DNA of 64,000 nucleotides. Origin: Eledone cirrhosa (lineage: Eukaryota). This document shows, in pieces, positions 1 through 15,000 of the stretch. The DNA lies in NCBI GenBank assembly GCA_964016885.1, contig OZ024754.1:18662001-18726000 (forward strand), read 5' to 3'. How positions within the stretch are numbered: the first letter of the stretch is position 1; each line of letters starts with the position of its first letter. The position numbers and the translations under genes were made by a program. The notes beneath the pieces were generated by a model. That model made no database searches. It saw nothing but the letters and a program-made list of their open reading frames with translations, and was not told where the DNA came from.

Positions 1-3000
1 ACAACAACCACGGAACCAAAAAGAGCAACAACAGCAACAGTAGCAACAACAACAACAACGACAGCACCAAAAAGAGCAACCACAGCAACAGTAGCAACAA
101 CAACAACAACGACAGCACCAAAAAGAGCAACAGCAGCAACAGTAGCAACAACAACAACAACGACATCAGCAACAGTAGCAACAACAACAACAACAACGAC
201 AGCACCAAAAAGAACAACAACAGCAACAGGAGCAACAACAACAACAACGACAGCACCAAAAAGAGCAACAACAGCAACAGTAGCAACAACAACAACAACG
301 ACAGCACCAAAAAGAGCAACAACAGCAACAGTAGCAACAACAACAACAACGACAGCACCAAAAAGAGCAACAACAGCAACAGTAGCAACAACAACAACAA
401 CAACGACAGCACCAAAAAGAGCAACAACAGCAACAGTAGCAACAACAACAACAACGACAGCACCAAAAAGAACAACAACAGCAACAGTAGCAACAACAAC
501 AACAACGACAGCACCAAAAAGAGCAACAACAGCAACAGTAGAAACAACAAAAACAACAACGACAGCACCAAAAAGAGCAACAACAGCAACAGTAGCAACA
601 ACAACAACAACGACAGTACCAAAAAGAGCAACAACAGCAACAGTAGCAACAACAACAACAACGACAGCACCAAAAAGAACAACAACAGCAACAGTAGCAA
701 CAACAACAACAACGACAGCACCAAAAAGAGCAACATCAGCAACAGTAGCAACAACAACAACAACGACAGCACCAAAAAGAGCAACAACAGCAACAGTAGC
801 GACAACAAAAACAACAACGACAGCACCAAAAAGAAGAACAACAACAACAGTAGCAACAACAAAAATAACGACAGCACCCAAAAGAGCAACATCAGCAACA
901 GCAGCAACAACAACAACAACAACGACAGCACCAAAAAGAGCAACAACAGCAACAGTAGCAACAGCAACAACAGCCAGAGCACCAAAAAGAGCAACAAGAG
1001 CAACAGTAGCAACAACAACAACCACGACAGCACCAAAAAGAGCAACAGCAGCAACAGTAGCAACAACAAAAACGACAACGGCAACACCAAAAAGAGCAAC
1101 AACAGCAACAGTAACAACAACAACAACAACGACAGCACCAAAAAGAGCAACATCAGCAACAGTAGCAACAACAACAACAACGACAGCACCAAAAAGAAGA
1201 ACAACAGCAACAGTAGCAACAACAAAAACAACGACAGCACCCAAAAGAGCAACATCAGCAACAGCAGCAACAACAACAACAACAACGACAGCACCAAAAA
1301 GAGCAACAACAGCAACAGTAGCAACAGCAACAACAGCCAGAGCACCAAAAAGAGCAACAAGAGCAACAGTAGCAACAACAACAACAACGACAGCACCAAA
1401 AAGAGCAACAGCAGCAACAGTAGCAACAACAACAACAACGACAGCACCAAAAAGAGCATCATCAGCAACAGTAGCAACAACAACAACAAAGACAGCACCA
1501 AAAAGAGCAACAACAGCAACAGTAGCAACAAAAACAACAACCACAGAACCAAAAAGAGCAACAACAGCAACAGTAGCAACAACAACAACAACCACAGAAC
1601 CAAAAAGAGCAACAACAGCAACAGTAGCAACAACAACAACAACCACAGAACCAAAAAGAGCAACAACAGCAACAGTAGCAACAACAACAACAACGACAGC
1701 ACCAAAAAGAGCAACATCAGCAACAGTAGCAACAACAACAACAACGACAGCACCAAAAAGAGCAACAGCAGCAACAGTAGCAACAACAACAACAACCACA
1801 GAACCAAAAAGAGCAACAACAGCAACAGTAGCAACAACAACAACAACCACAGAACCAAAAAGAGCAACAACAGCAACAGTAGCAACAACAACAACAACGA
1901 CAGCACCAAAAAGAGCAACAACAGGAACAGTAGCAACAACAACAACAACCACAGAACCAAAAAGAGCAACAGCAGCAACAGTAGCAACAACAACAACAAC
2001 GACAGCACCAAAAAGAACAACATCAGCAACAGTAGCAACAACAATAACAACGACAGCACCAAAAAGAGCAACACAGCAACAGTAGCAACAACAACAACAA
2101 CAACAGCACCAAAAAGAGCAACAACAGCAACAGTAGCAACAACAACAACAACAGACATCAGCAACAGTAGCAACAACAACAACAACGACGACAGTACCAA
2201 AAAGAGCAACCACAGCAACAGTAGCAAGAACAACAACAAAGACAGCACCAAAAAGAGCAACACAGCAACAGTAGCAACAACAACAACAACCACAGCACCA
2301 AAAAGAGCAACAACAGCAACAGTAGCAACAACAACAACAACCACAGCACCAAAAAGAGCAACAACAGCAACAGTTGCAACAACAACAACAACAACAACGA
2401 CAGCACCAAAAAGAGCGACACCAGCAACAGTAGCAACAACCACAACAACGACAGCACCAACAACAGCAACAGTTGCAACAACAACAACAACAACAACGAC
2501 AGCACCAACAAGAGCAACATCAGCAACAGTAGCAACAAGAACAACAACAACGACAGCACCAAAAAGAACAACAACAGCAACAGTAGCAACAACAACAACA
2601 ACAACGACAGCACCAAAAAGAGCAACAACAGCAACAGTAACAACAACAACAACAACGACAGCACCAAAAAGAGCAACACCAGCAACAGTAGCAACAACAA
2701 CAACAACGACAGCACCAAAAAGAGCAACAACAGCAACAGTAGCAACAACAAAAACAACAACGACAGCACCAAAAAGAGCAACAACAGCAACAGTAGCAAC
2801 AACAACAACAACAACGACAGCACCAAAAAGAAGAACAACAGCAACAGTAGCAACAACAAAAACAACGACAGCACCCAAAAGAGCAACATCAGCAACAGCA
2901 GCAACAACAACAACAACAACGACAGCACCAAAAAGAGCAACAACAGCAACAGTAGCAACAGCAACAACAGCCAGAGCACCAAAAAGAGCAACAAGAGCAA

Positions 3001-6000
3001 CAGTAGCAACAACAACAACAACGACAGCACCAAAAAGAGCAACAGCAGCAACAGTAGCAACAACAACAACAACAACGACAGCACCAAAAAGAGCAACATC
3101 AGCAACAGTAGCAACAACAACAACAAAGACAGCACCAAAAAGAGCAACAACAGCAACAGTAGCAACAAAAACAACAACCACAGAACCAAAAAGAGCAACA
3201 ACAGCAACAGTAGCAACAACAACAACAACCACAGAACCAAAAAGAGCAACAACAGCAACAGTAGCAACAACAACAACAACCACGGAACCAAAAAGAGCAA
3301 CAACAGCAACAGTAGCAACAACAACAACAACGACAGCACCAAAAAGAGCACATCAGCAACAGTAGCAACAACAACAACAACGACAGCACCAAAAAGAGCA
3401 ACAGCAGCAACAGTAGCAACAACAACAACAACGACATCAGCAACAGTAGCAACAACAACAACAACAACGACAGCACCAAAAAGAACAACAACAGCAACAG
3501 GAGCAACAACAACAACAACGACAGCACCAAAAAGAGCAACAACAGCAACAGTAGCAACAACAACAACAACGACAGCAGCAAAAAGAGCAACAACAGCAAC
3601 AGTAGCAACAACAACAACAACGACAGCACCAAAAAGAGCAACAACAGCAACAGTAGCAACAACAACAACAACAACGACAGCACCAAAAAGAGCAACAACA
3701 GCAACAGTAGCAACAACAACAACAACGACAGCACCAAAAAGAACAACAACAGTAACAGTAGCAACAACAACAACAACGACAGCACCAAAAAGAGCAACAA
3801 CAGCAACAGTAGAAACAACAACAACAACAACGACAGCACCAAAAAGAGCAACAACAGCAACAGTAGCAACAACAACAACAACGACAGTACCAAAAAGAGC
3901 AACAACAGCAACAGTAGCAACAACAACAACAACGACAGCACCAAAAAGAACAACAACAGCAACAGTAGCAACAACAACAACAACGACAGCACCAAAAAGA
4001 GCAACATCAGCAACAGTAGCAACAACAACAACAACGACAGCACCAAAAAGAGCAACAACAGCAACAGTAGCGACAACAAAAACAACAACGACAGCACCAA
4101 AAAGAAGAACAACAGCAACAGTAGCAACAACAAAAATAACGACAGCACCCAAAAGAGCAACATCAGCAACAGCAGCAACAACAACAACAACAACGACAGC
4201 ACCAAAAAGAGCAACAACAGCAATAGTAGCAACAGCAACAACAGCCAGAGCACCAAAAAGAGCAACAAGAGCAACAGTAGCAACAACAACAACCACGACA
4301 GCACCAAAAAGAGCAACAGCAGCAACAGTAGCAACAACAAAAACGACAACGGCAACACCAAAAAGAGCAACAACAGCAACAGTAACAACAGCAACAACAA
4401 CGACAGCACCAAAAAGAGCAACAACAGCAACAGTAGCAACAATAACAACAACGACAGCACCAAAAAGAGCAACATCAGCAACAGTAGCAACAACAACAAC
4501 AAAGACAGCACCAAAAAGAGCAACAACAGCAACAGTAGCAACAAAAACAACAACCACAGAACCAAAAAGAGCAACAACAGCAACAGTAGCAACAACAACA
4601 ACAACCACAGAACCAAAAAGAGCAACAACAGCAACAGTAGCAACAACAACAACAACCACAGAACCAAAAAGAGCAACAACAGCAACAGTAGCAACAACAA
4701 CAACAACGACAGCACCAAAAAGAGCCACATCAGCAACAGTAGCAACAACAACAACAACGACAGCACCAAAAAGAGCAACAGCAGCAACAGTAGCAACAAC
4801 AACAACAACCACAGAACCAAAAAGAGCAACAACAGCAACAGTAGCAACAACAACAACAACCACAGAACCAAAAAGAGCAACAACAGCAACAGTAGCAACA
4901 ACAACAACAACGACAGCACCAAAAAGAGCAACAACAGGAACAGTAGCAACAACAACAACAACCACAGCACCAAAAAGAGCAACAACAGCAACTGTACCAA
5001 CAACAACAACAACGACAGCACCAAAAAGAGCAACAGCAGCAACAGTAGCAACAACAACAACAACGACAGCACCAAAAAGAGCAACAGCAGCAACAGTAGC
5101 AACAACAACAACGACAGCAACAGTAGCAACAACAACAACAACAACCACAGCACCAAAAAGAGCAACAACAGCAACAGTAGCAACAACAACAACAACGACA
5201 GCACCAAAAAGAGCAACAACAGCAACAGTAGCAACAACAACAACAACGACAGCACCAAAAAGAGCAACAGCAGCAACAGTAGCAACAACAACAACAACGA
5301 CATCAGCAACAGTAGCAACAACAACAACAACGGCAGCACCAAAAAGAGCACATCAGCAACAGTAGCAACAACAACAACAACGACAGCACCAAAAAGAGCA
5401 ACAACAGCAACAGTAGCAATAACAACAACAACCACAGCACCAAAAAGAGCAGTATCAGCAACAGTAGCAACAACAACAACACGACAGCACCAAAAAGACC
5501 AACAACAGCAACAGTAGCAACAACAACAACAACCACAGCACCAAAAGAGCAACCACAGCAACAGTAGCAACAACAACAACAACAACAAAGACAGCACCAA
5601 AAAGTGCAACATCAGCAACAGTAACAACAACAACAACAACGGCAGCACCAAAGAGAGCAACCACAGCAACAGTAGCAACAACAACAACAACAACAACGAC
5701 AGCACCAAAAAGAGCAACAACAGCAACAGTAGCAACAACAACAACAACCACAGCACCAAAAAGAGCAGTATCAGTAACAGTAGCAACAACAACAACAACG
5801 ACAGCACCCAAAAGAGCAACAGCAGCAACAGTAGCAACAACAACATCGACAGCACCAAAAAGAGCAACAGCAGCAACAGTAGCAACAACAACAACGACAG
5901 CACCAAAAAGAGCAACAACAGCAACAGTAGCAACAACAACAACAACAACGACAGCACCAAAAAGAGCAACACCAGCAACAGTAGCAACAACAACAACGAC

Positions 6001-9000
6001 AGCACCAAAAAGAGCAACAGCAGCAACAGTAGCAACAACAACAACGACAGCACCAAAAAGAGCAACAACAGCAACAGTAGCAACAACAACAACAACGACA
6101 GCACCAAAAAGAGCAACAACAGCAACAGTAGCAACAACAACAACAACGACAGCACCAAAAAGAACAACATCAGCAACAGTAGCAACAACGACAACAACCA
6201 CAGCACCAAAAAGAGCAACATCAGCAACAGTAGCAACAACAACAACAACCACAGCACCAAAAAGAGCAACAGCAGCAACAGTAGCAACAACAACAACAAC
6301 AACGACAGCACCAAAAAGAGCAACAACAGCAACAGTAACAACAGCAACAACGACAGCACCAAAAAGAGCAACAGCAGCAACAGTAGCAACAACAACAACA
6401 ACGACAGCACCAAAAAGAGCAACAACAGCAACAGTAACAACAACAACAACGACAGCACCAAAAAGAGCAACAACAGCAACAGTAGCAACAACAACAACAA
6501 CGACAGCACCAAAAAGAGCAACAACAGCAACAGTAGCAACAACAACAACAACAACGACAGCACCAAAAAGAGCAACATCAACAACAGTAGCAACAACAAC
6601 AACAACGACAGCACCAAAAAGAGCAACAACAGCAACAGTAGCAACAACAACAACAACAACGACAGCACCAAAACGAGCAACAACAGCAACAGTAGCAACA
6701 AAAACAACAACAGACATCAGCAACAGTAGCAACAACAACAACAACGACGACAGCACCAAAAAGAGCAACCACAGCAACAGTAGCAACAACAACAACATCG
6801 ACAGCACCAAAAAGAGAAACACAGCAACAGTAGCAACAACAACAACAACCAGAGCACCAAAAAGAGCAACAACAGCAACAGTAGCAACAACAACAACAAC
6901 CACAGCACCAAAAAGAGCACAACAGCAACAGTAGCAACAACAACAACAACAACGACAGCACCAAAAAGAGCAACAACAGCAACAGTAGCAACAACAACAA
7001 CAACAACGACAGCACCAAAAAGAGCAACAACAGCAACAGTAGCAACAACAACAACAACAACGACAGCACCAAAACGAGCAACAACAGCAACAGTAGCAAC
7101 AACAACAACAACAGACATCAGCAACATTAGCAACAACAACAACAACGACGACAGCACCAAAAATAGCAACATCAGCAACAGTAGCAACAACAACAACATC
7201 GACAGCACCAAAAAGAGCAACACAGCAACAGTAGCAACAACAACCACAGCACCAAAAAGAGCACAACAGCAACAGTAGCAACAACAACAACAACCACAGC
7301 ACCAAAAAGAGCAACAACAGCAACAGTAGCAACAACAACAACAACGACAGCACCAAAAAGAGCAACAACAGCAACAGTAGCAACAACAACAACAACAACG
7401 ACAGCACCAAAAAGAGCAACAACAGCAACAGTAGCAACAACAACAACAACGACAGCACCAAAAAGAACAACACCAGCAACAGTAGCAACAACGACAACAA
7501 CCACAGCACCAAAAAGAGCAACAACAGCAACAGTAGCAACAACAACAACAACAGACATCAGCAACATTAGCAACAACAACAACAACAACGACAGCACCAG
7601 AAAGAGCAACATCAGCAACAGTAGCAACAACAACAACAACAACGACAGCACCAAAAAGAGCAACACAGCAACAGTAGCAACAACAACAACAACAACGACA
7701 GCACCAAAAAGAGCAACAACAGCAACAGTAGCAACAACAACAACAACGACAGCACCCAAAAGAGCCACAGCAGCAACAGTAGCAACAACAACAACGACAG
7801 CACCAAAAAGAGCAACACAGCAACAGTAGCAACAACAACAACGACAGCACCAAAAAGAGCAACAACAGCAACAGTAGCAACAACAACAACAACGACAGCA
7901 CCAATAAGAGCAACAACAGCAACAGTAGCAACAACAACAACGACATCACCAAAAAGAGCAACAGCAGCAACAGTAGCAACAACAACAACGACAGCACCAA
8001 AAAGAGCAATAACAGCAACAGTAGCAACAACAACAACAACGACAGCACCAAAAAGAGCAACAACAGCAACAGTAGCAACAACAACAACAACAACAGCACC
8101 AAAAAGAACAACACCAGCAACAGTAGCAACAACGACAACAACCACAGCACCAAAAAGAGCAACAACAGCAACAGTAACAACAGCAACAACGACAGCACCA
8201 AAAAGGGCAACATCACCAACAGTAGCAACAACAACAACAACGACAGCACCAAAAAGAGCAACATCAGCAACAGTAGCATCAACAACAACAACAACGACAG
8301 CACCAAAAAGAGCAACAACAGCAACAGTAGCAACAACAACAACAACGACAGCACCAAAAAGAGCAACAACAGCAACAGTAGCAACAACAACAACAACAAC
8401 GACCGCACCAAAAAGAGCAACAACAGCAACAGTAGCAACAACAACAACAACGACAGCATCAAAAAGAGCAACAACAGCAACAGTAGCAACAACAACAACA
8501 ACAACCACAGCACCAAAAAGAGCAACAACAGCAACAGTAGCAACAACAACAACAACGACAGCATCAAAAAGAGCAACACCAGCAACAGTAACAACAACAA
8601 CAACAACGACAGCACCAAAAAGAGCAACATCAACAACAGTAGCAACAACAACAACAACCACAGCACCAAAAAGAGCAATAAAACAGCAACAGTAGCAACA
8701 ACAACAACAACAACAACGACAGCACCAAAAAGAGCAACAACAGCAACAGTAGCAACAACAACAACAACAACGACAGCACCAAAAAGTGCAACATCAGCAA
8801 CAGTAACAACAACAACAACAACGACAGCACCAAAAAGAGCAACAACAGCAACAATAGCAACAACAACAACAACGACAGCACCAAAAAGAGCAACAACAGC
8901 AACAGTAGCAACAACAACAACAACGACAGCACCAAAAAGAACAACAACAGGAACAGTAGCAACAACAACAACAACAACAACGACAGCACCAAAAAGAGCA

Positions 9001-12000
9001 ACAACAGCAACAGTAGCAACAGCAACAACAACAACGACAGCACCAAAAAGAGCAACAACAGCAACAGTAGCAACAACAACAACAACGACAGCACCAAAAA
9101 GAACAACAACAGCAACAGTAGCAACAACAACAACAACAACAACAACGACATCACAAAAAAGAGCAACAACAGCAACAGTAGCAACAACAACAACAACAAC
9201 GACAGCACCAAAAAGAGCAACAACAGCAACAGTAGCAACAACAACAACAACCACAGCACCAAAAAGAGCAGTATCAGCAACAGTAGCAACAACAACAACA
9301 ACGACAGCACCCAAAAGAGCAACAGCAGCAACAGTAGCAACAACAACAACGACAGCCCCCAAAAGAGCCACAGCAGCAACAGTAGCAACAACAACAACGA
9401 CAGCGCCAAAAAGAGCAACAACAGCAACAGTAGCAACAACAACAACAACGACAGCACCAAAAAGAGCAACAACAGCAACAGTAGCAACAACAACAACGAC
9501 AGCACCAAAAAGAGCAACAGCAGCAACAGTAGCAACAACAACAACGACAGCACCAAAAAGAGCAACAACAGCAACAGTAGCCACAACAACAACAACGACA
9601 GCACCAAAAAGAGCAACAACAGCAACAGTAGCAACAACAACAACAACGACAGCACCAAAAAGAGCAACAACAGCAACAGTAGCAACAACAACAACAAAGA
9701 CAGCACCAAAAAGAACAACAACAGCAACAGTAGCAACAACAACATCAACCACAGCACCAAAAAGAGCAACATCAGCAACAGTAGCAACAACAACAACAAC
9801 GACAGCACCAAAAAGAGCAACAACAGCAACAGTAGCAACAACAACAACAACAACGACAGCACCAAAACGAGCAACAACAGCAACAGTAGCAACAACAACA
9901 ACAATAGACATCAGCAACAGTAGCAACAACAACAACAACGACGACAGCACCAAAAAGTGCAACCACAGCAACAGTAGCAACAACAACAACATCGACAGCA
10001 CCAAAAAGAGCAACACAGCAACAGTAGCAACAACAGCAACAGTAGCAACAACAACAACAACGACAGCACCAAAAAGAGCAACAACAGCAACAGTAGCAAC
10101 AACAACAACAACAACGACAGCACCAAAAAGAGCAACAACAGCAACAGTAGCAACAACAACAACAACAACGACAGCACCAAAACGAGCAACAACAGCAACA
10201 GTAGCAACAACAACAACAACAGACATCAGCAACATTAGCAACAACAACAACAACGACGACAGCACCAAAAAGAGCAACATCAGCAACAGTAGCAACAACA
10301 ACAACATCGACAGCACCAAAAAGAGCAACACAGCAACAGTAGCAACAACAACAACATCGACAGCACCAAAAAGAGCAACACAGCAACAGTAGCAACAACA
10401 ATATAACCACAGCACCAAAAAGAGCAACAACAGCAACAGTAGCAACAACAACAACAACGACAGCACCAAAAAGAGCAACAACAGCAACAGTAGCAACAAC
10501 AACAACAACAACGACAGCACCAAAAAGAGCAACAACAGCAACAGTAGCAACAACAACAACAACAACAACGACAGCACCAAAACGAGCAACAACAGCAACA
10601 GTAGCAACAACAACAACAACAACAGACATCAGCAACATTAGCAACAACAACAATAACAACGACAGCACCAAAAAGAGCAACAACAGCAACTGTAGCAACA
10701 ACAACAACAACCACAGCACCAAAAAGAGCAACAACAGCAACAGTAGCAACAACAACAACAACGACAGCACCAAAAAGAGCAACAACAGCAACAGTAGCAA
10801 CAACAACAACAACGACAGCACCAAAAAGAGCAACATCAGCAACAGTAGCAACAACAACAACAACGACAGCACCAAAAAGAGCAACCACAGCAACAGTAGC
10901 AACAACAACAACATCGACAGCACCAAAAAGAGCAACACAGCAACAGTAGCAACAACAACAACAACCACAGCACCAAAAAGAGCAACAACAGCAACAGTAG
11001 CAACAACAACAACAACGACAGCACCAAAAAGAGCAACAACAGCAACAGTAGCAACAACAACAACAACAACCACAGAACCAAAAAGAGCAACAACAGCAAC
11101 AGTAGCAACAACAACAACAACCACAGCACCAAAAAGAGCAACAACAGCAACAGTAGCAACAACAACAACAACGACAGCACCAAAAAGAGCAACACAGCAA
11201 CAGTAGCAACAACAACAACAACGACATCAGCACCAAAAAGAGCAACAACAGCAACAGTAGCAACAACAACAACAACCACAGCACCAAAAAGAACAACAAC
11301 AGCAACAGTAGCAACAACAACAACAACCACAGCACCAAAAAGAGCAACAACAGCAACAGTAGCAACAACAACAACAAAGACAGCACCAAAAAGAACAACA
11401 ACAGCAACAGTAGCAACAACAACATCAACCACAGCACCAAAAAGAGCAACATCAGCAACAGTAGCAACAACAACAACAACGACAGCACCAAAAAGAGCAA
11501 CAACAGCAACAGTAGCAACAACAACAACAACAACGACAGCACCAAAACGAGCAACAACAGCAACAGTAGCAACAACAACAACAATAGACATCAGCAACAG
11601 TAGCAACAACAACAACAACGACGACAGCACCAAAAAGTGCAACCACAGCAACAGTAGAAACAACAACAACATCGACAGCACCAAAAAGAGCAACACAGCA
11701 ACAGTAGCAACAACAGCAACAGTAGCAACAACAACAACAACGACAGCACCAAAAAGAGCAACAACAGCAACAGTAGCAACAACAACAACAACAACGACAG
11801 CACCAAAAAGAGCAACAACAGCAACAGTAGCAACAACAACAACAACAACAACGACAGCACCAAAACGAGCAACAACAGCAACAGTAGCAACAACAACAAC
11901 AACAACAACAACAGACATCAGCAACATTAGCAACAACAACAATAACAACGACAGCACCAAAAAGAGCAACAACAGCAACAGTAGCAACAACAACAACAAC

Positions 12001-15000
12001 CACAGCACCAAAAAGAGCAACAACAGCAACAGTAGCAACAACAACAACAACGACAGCACCAAAAAGAGCAACAACAGCAACAGTAGCAACAACAACAACA
12101 ACGACAGCACCAAAAAGAGAAACACAGCAACAGTAGCAACAACAACAACAACAACGACAGCACCAAAAAGAGCAACCACAGCAACAGTAGCAACAACAAC
12201 AACATCGACAGCACCAAAAAGAGCAACACAGCAACAGTAGCAACAACAACAACAACCACAGCACCAAAAAGAGCAACAACAGCAACAGTAGCAACAACAA
12301 CAACAACGACAGCACCAAAAAGAGCAACAACAGCAACAGTAGCAACAACAACAACAACAACCACAGAACCAAAAAGAGCAACAACAGCAACAGTAGCAAC
12401 AACAACAACAACCACAGCACCAAAAAGAGCAACAACAGCAACAGTAGCAACAACAACAACAACGACAGCACCAAAAAGAGCAACACAGCAACAGTAGCAA
12501 CAACAACAACAACGACACCAGCACCAAAAAGAGCAACAACAGCAACAGTAGCAACAACAACAACAACCACAGCACCAAAAAGAACAACAACAGCAACAGT
12601 AGCAACAACAACAACAACCACAGCACCAAAAAGAGCAACAACAGCAACAGTAGCAACAACAACAACAACGACAGCACCAAAAAGAGCAACAACAGCAACA
12701 GCAGCAACAACAACAACAACCACAGCACCAAAAAGAGCAACAACAGCAACAGTAGCAACAACAACAACAACGACATCAGCACCAAAAAGAGCAACAACAG
12801 CAACAGTAGCAACAACAACAACAACCACAGCACCAAAAAGAGCAACAACAGCAACAGTAGCAACAACAACAACAACGACAGCACCAAAAAGAGCAACAAC
12901 AGCAACAGTAGCAAGAACAACAACAACAACAACGACAGCACCAAAAAGAGCAACCACAGCAACAGTAGCAACAACAACAACATCGACAGCACCAAAAAGA
13001 GCAACACAGCAACAGTAGCAACAACAACAACAACCACAGCACCAAAAAGAGCAACAACAGCAACAGTAGCAACAACAACAACAACCACAGCACCAAAAAG
13101 AGCAACAACAGCAACAGTAGCAACAACAACAACAACGACAGCACCAAAAAGAGCAACAACAGCAACAGTAGCAACAACAACAACAACAACCACAGAAACA
13201 AAAAGAGCAACAACAGCAACAGTAGCAACAACAACAACAACCACAGCACCAAAAAGAGCAACAACAGCAACAGTAGCAACAACAACAACAACGACAGCAC
13301 CAAAAAGAGCAACGCAGCAACAGTAGCAACAACAACAACAACGACAGCCCCAAAAAGAGCAACGACAGCAACAGTAGCAACTACTACAACAACGAACAGC
13401 ACCAAAAAGAGCAACAACAGCAACAGTAGCAACAACAACAACAACGACATCAGCACCAAAAAGAGCAACAACAGCAACAGTAGCAACAACAACAACAACC
13501 ACAGCACCAAAAAGAGCAACATCAGCAACAGTAGCAACAACAACAACAACCACAGCACCAAAAAGAGCAACACCAGCAACAGTAGCAACAACAACAACAA
13601 CCAAAACACCAAAAAGAGCAACAACAGCAACAGTAGCAACAACAACAACAACGAAAGCACCAGAAAGAGCAACATCAGCAACCGTAGCAACAACAACAAC
13701 AACAACGACAGGACCAAAAAGAGCAACAACAGCAACAGTACCAACAACAACAACAACAACGACAGCACCAAAAAGATAAACATCAGCAACAATAGCAACA
13801 ACAACAACAACAACAACGACAGCACCAAAAAGAGCAACACAGCAACAGTAGCAACAACAACAACAACCACAGCACCAAAAAGAGCAACAACAGCAACAGT
13901 AGCAACAACAACAACAACCACAGCACCAAAAAGAGCAACAACAGCAACAGTAGCAACAACAACAACAACCACAGCACCAAAAAGAGCAACACCAGCAACA
14001 GTAGCAACAACAACAACAACGACAGCACCAAAAAGAGCAACACCAGCAACAGTAGCAACAACAACAACAACCACAGCACCAAAAAGAGCAACACCAGCAA
14101 CAGTAGCAACAACAACAACAACAATGACAGCACCAAAAAAGCAACACAGCAACAGTAGCAACAACAACAACGACATCAGCACCAAAAAGAGCAACACCAG
14201 CAACAGTAGCAACAACAACAACAACAGACTCAGCAACAGTAGCAACAACAACAACGACGACAGCACCAAAAAGAGCAACACCAGCAACAGTAGCAACAAC
14301 AAAAACAACAACGACAGCACCAAAAAGAGCAACAGCAGCAACAGTAGCAATAACAACAACAACGACGACAGCACCAAAAAGAGCAACACAGCAACAGTAG
14401 CAACAACAACAACAACGACGACAGCACCAAAAAGAGCAACAGCAGCAACAGTAGCAACAACAACAACAACGACAGCACCAAAAAGAGCAACACAGCAACA
14501 GTAGCAACAACAACAACAACGACGACAGCACCAAAAAGAGCAACAGCAGCAACAGTAGCAACAACAACAACAACGACAGCACCAAAAAGAGACACACAGC
14601 AACAGTAGCAACAACAACAACAACAACAACGACAGCACCAAAAAGAGCAACAGCAGCAACAGTAGCAACAACAACAACGACAGCACCAAAAAGAGCAACA
14701 GCAGCAACAGTAGCAACAACAACAACAACGACAGCACCAAAAAGAGCAACACAGCAACAGTAGCAACAACAACAACAACGACAGCACCAAAAAGAGCAAC
14801 AGCAGCAACAGTAGCAACAACAACAACGACAGCACCAAAAAGAGCAACAGCAGCAACAGTAGCAACAACAACAACAACGACAGCACCAAAAAGAGCAACA
14901 CAGCAACAGTAGCAACAACAACAACAACGACGACAGCACCAAAAAGAGCAACACAGCAACAGTAGCAACAACAACAACGACAGCACCAAAAAGAGCAACA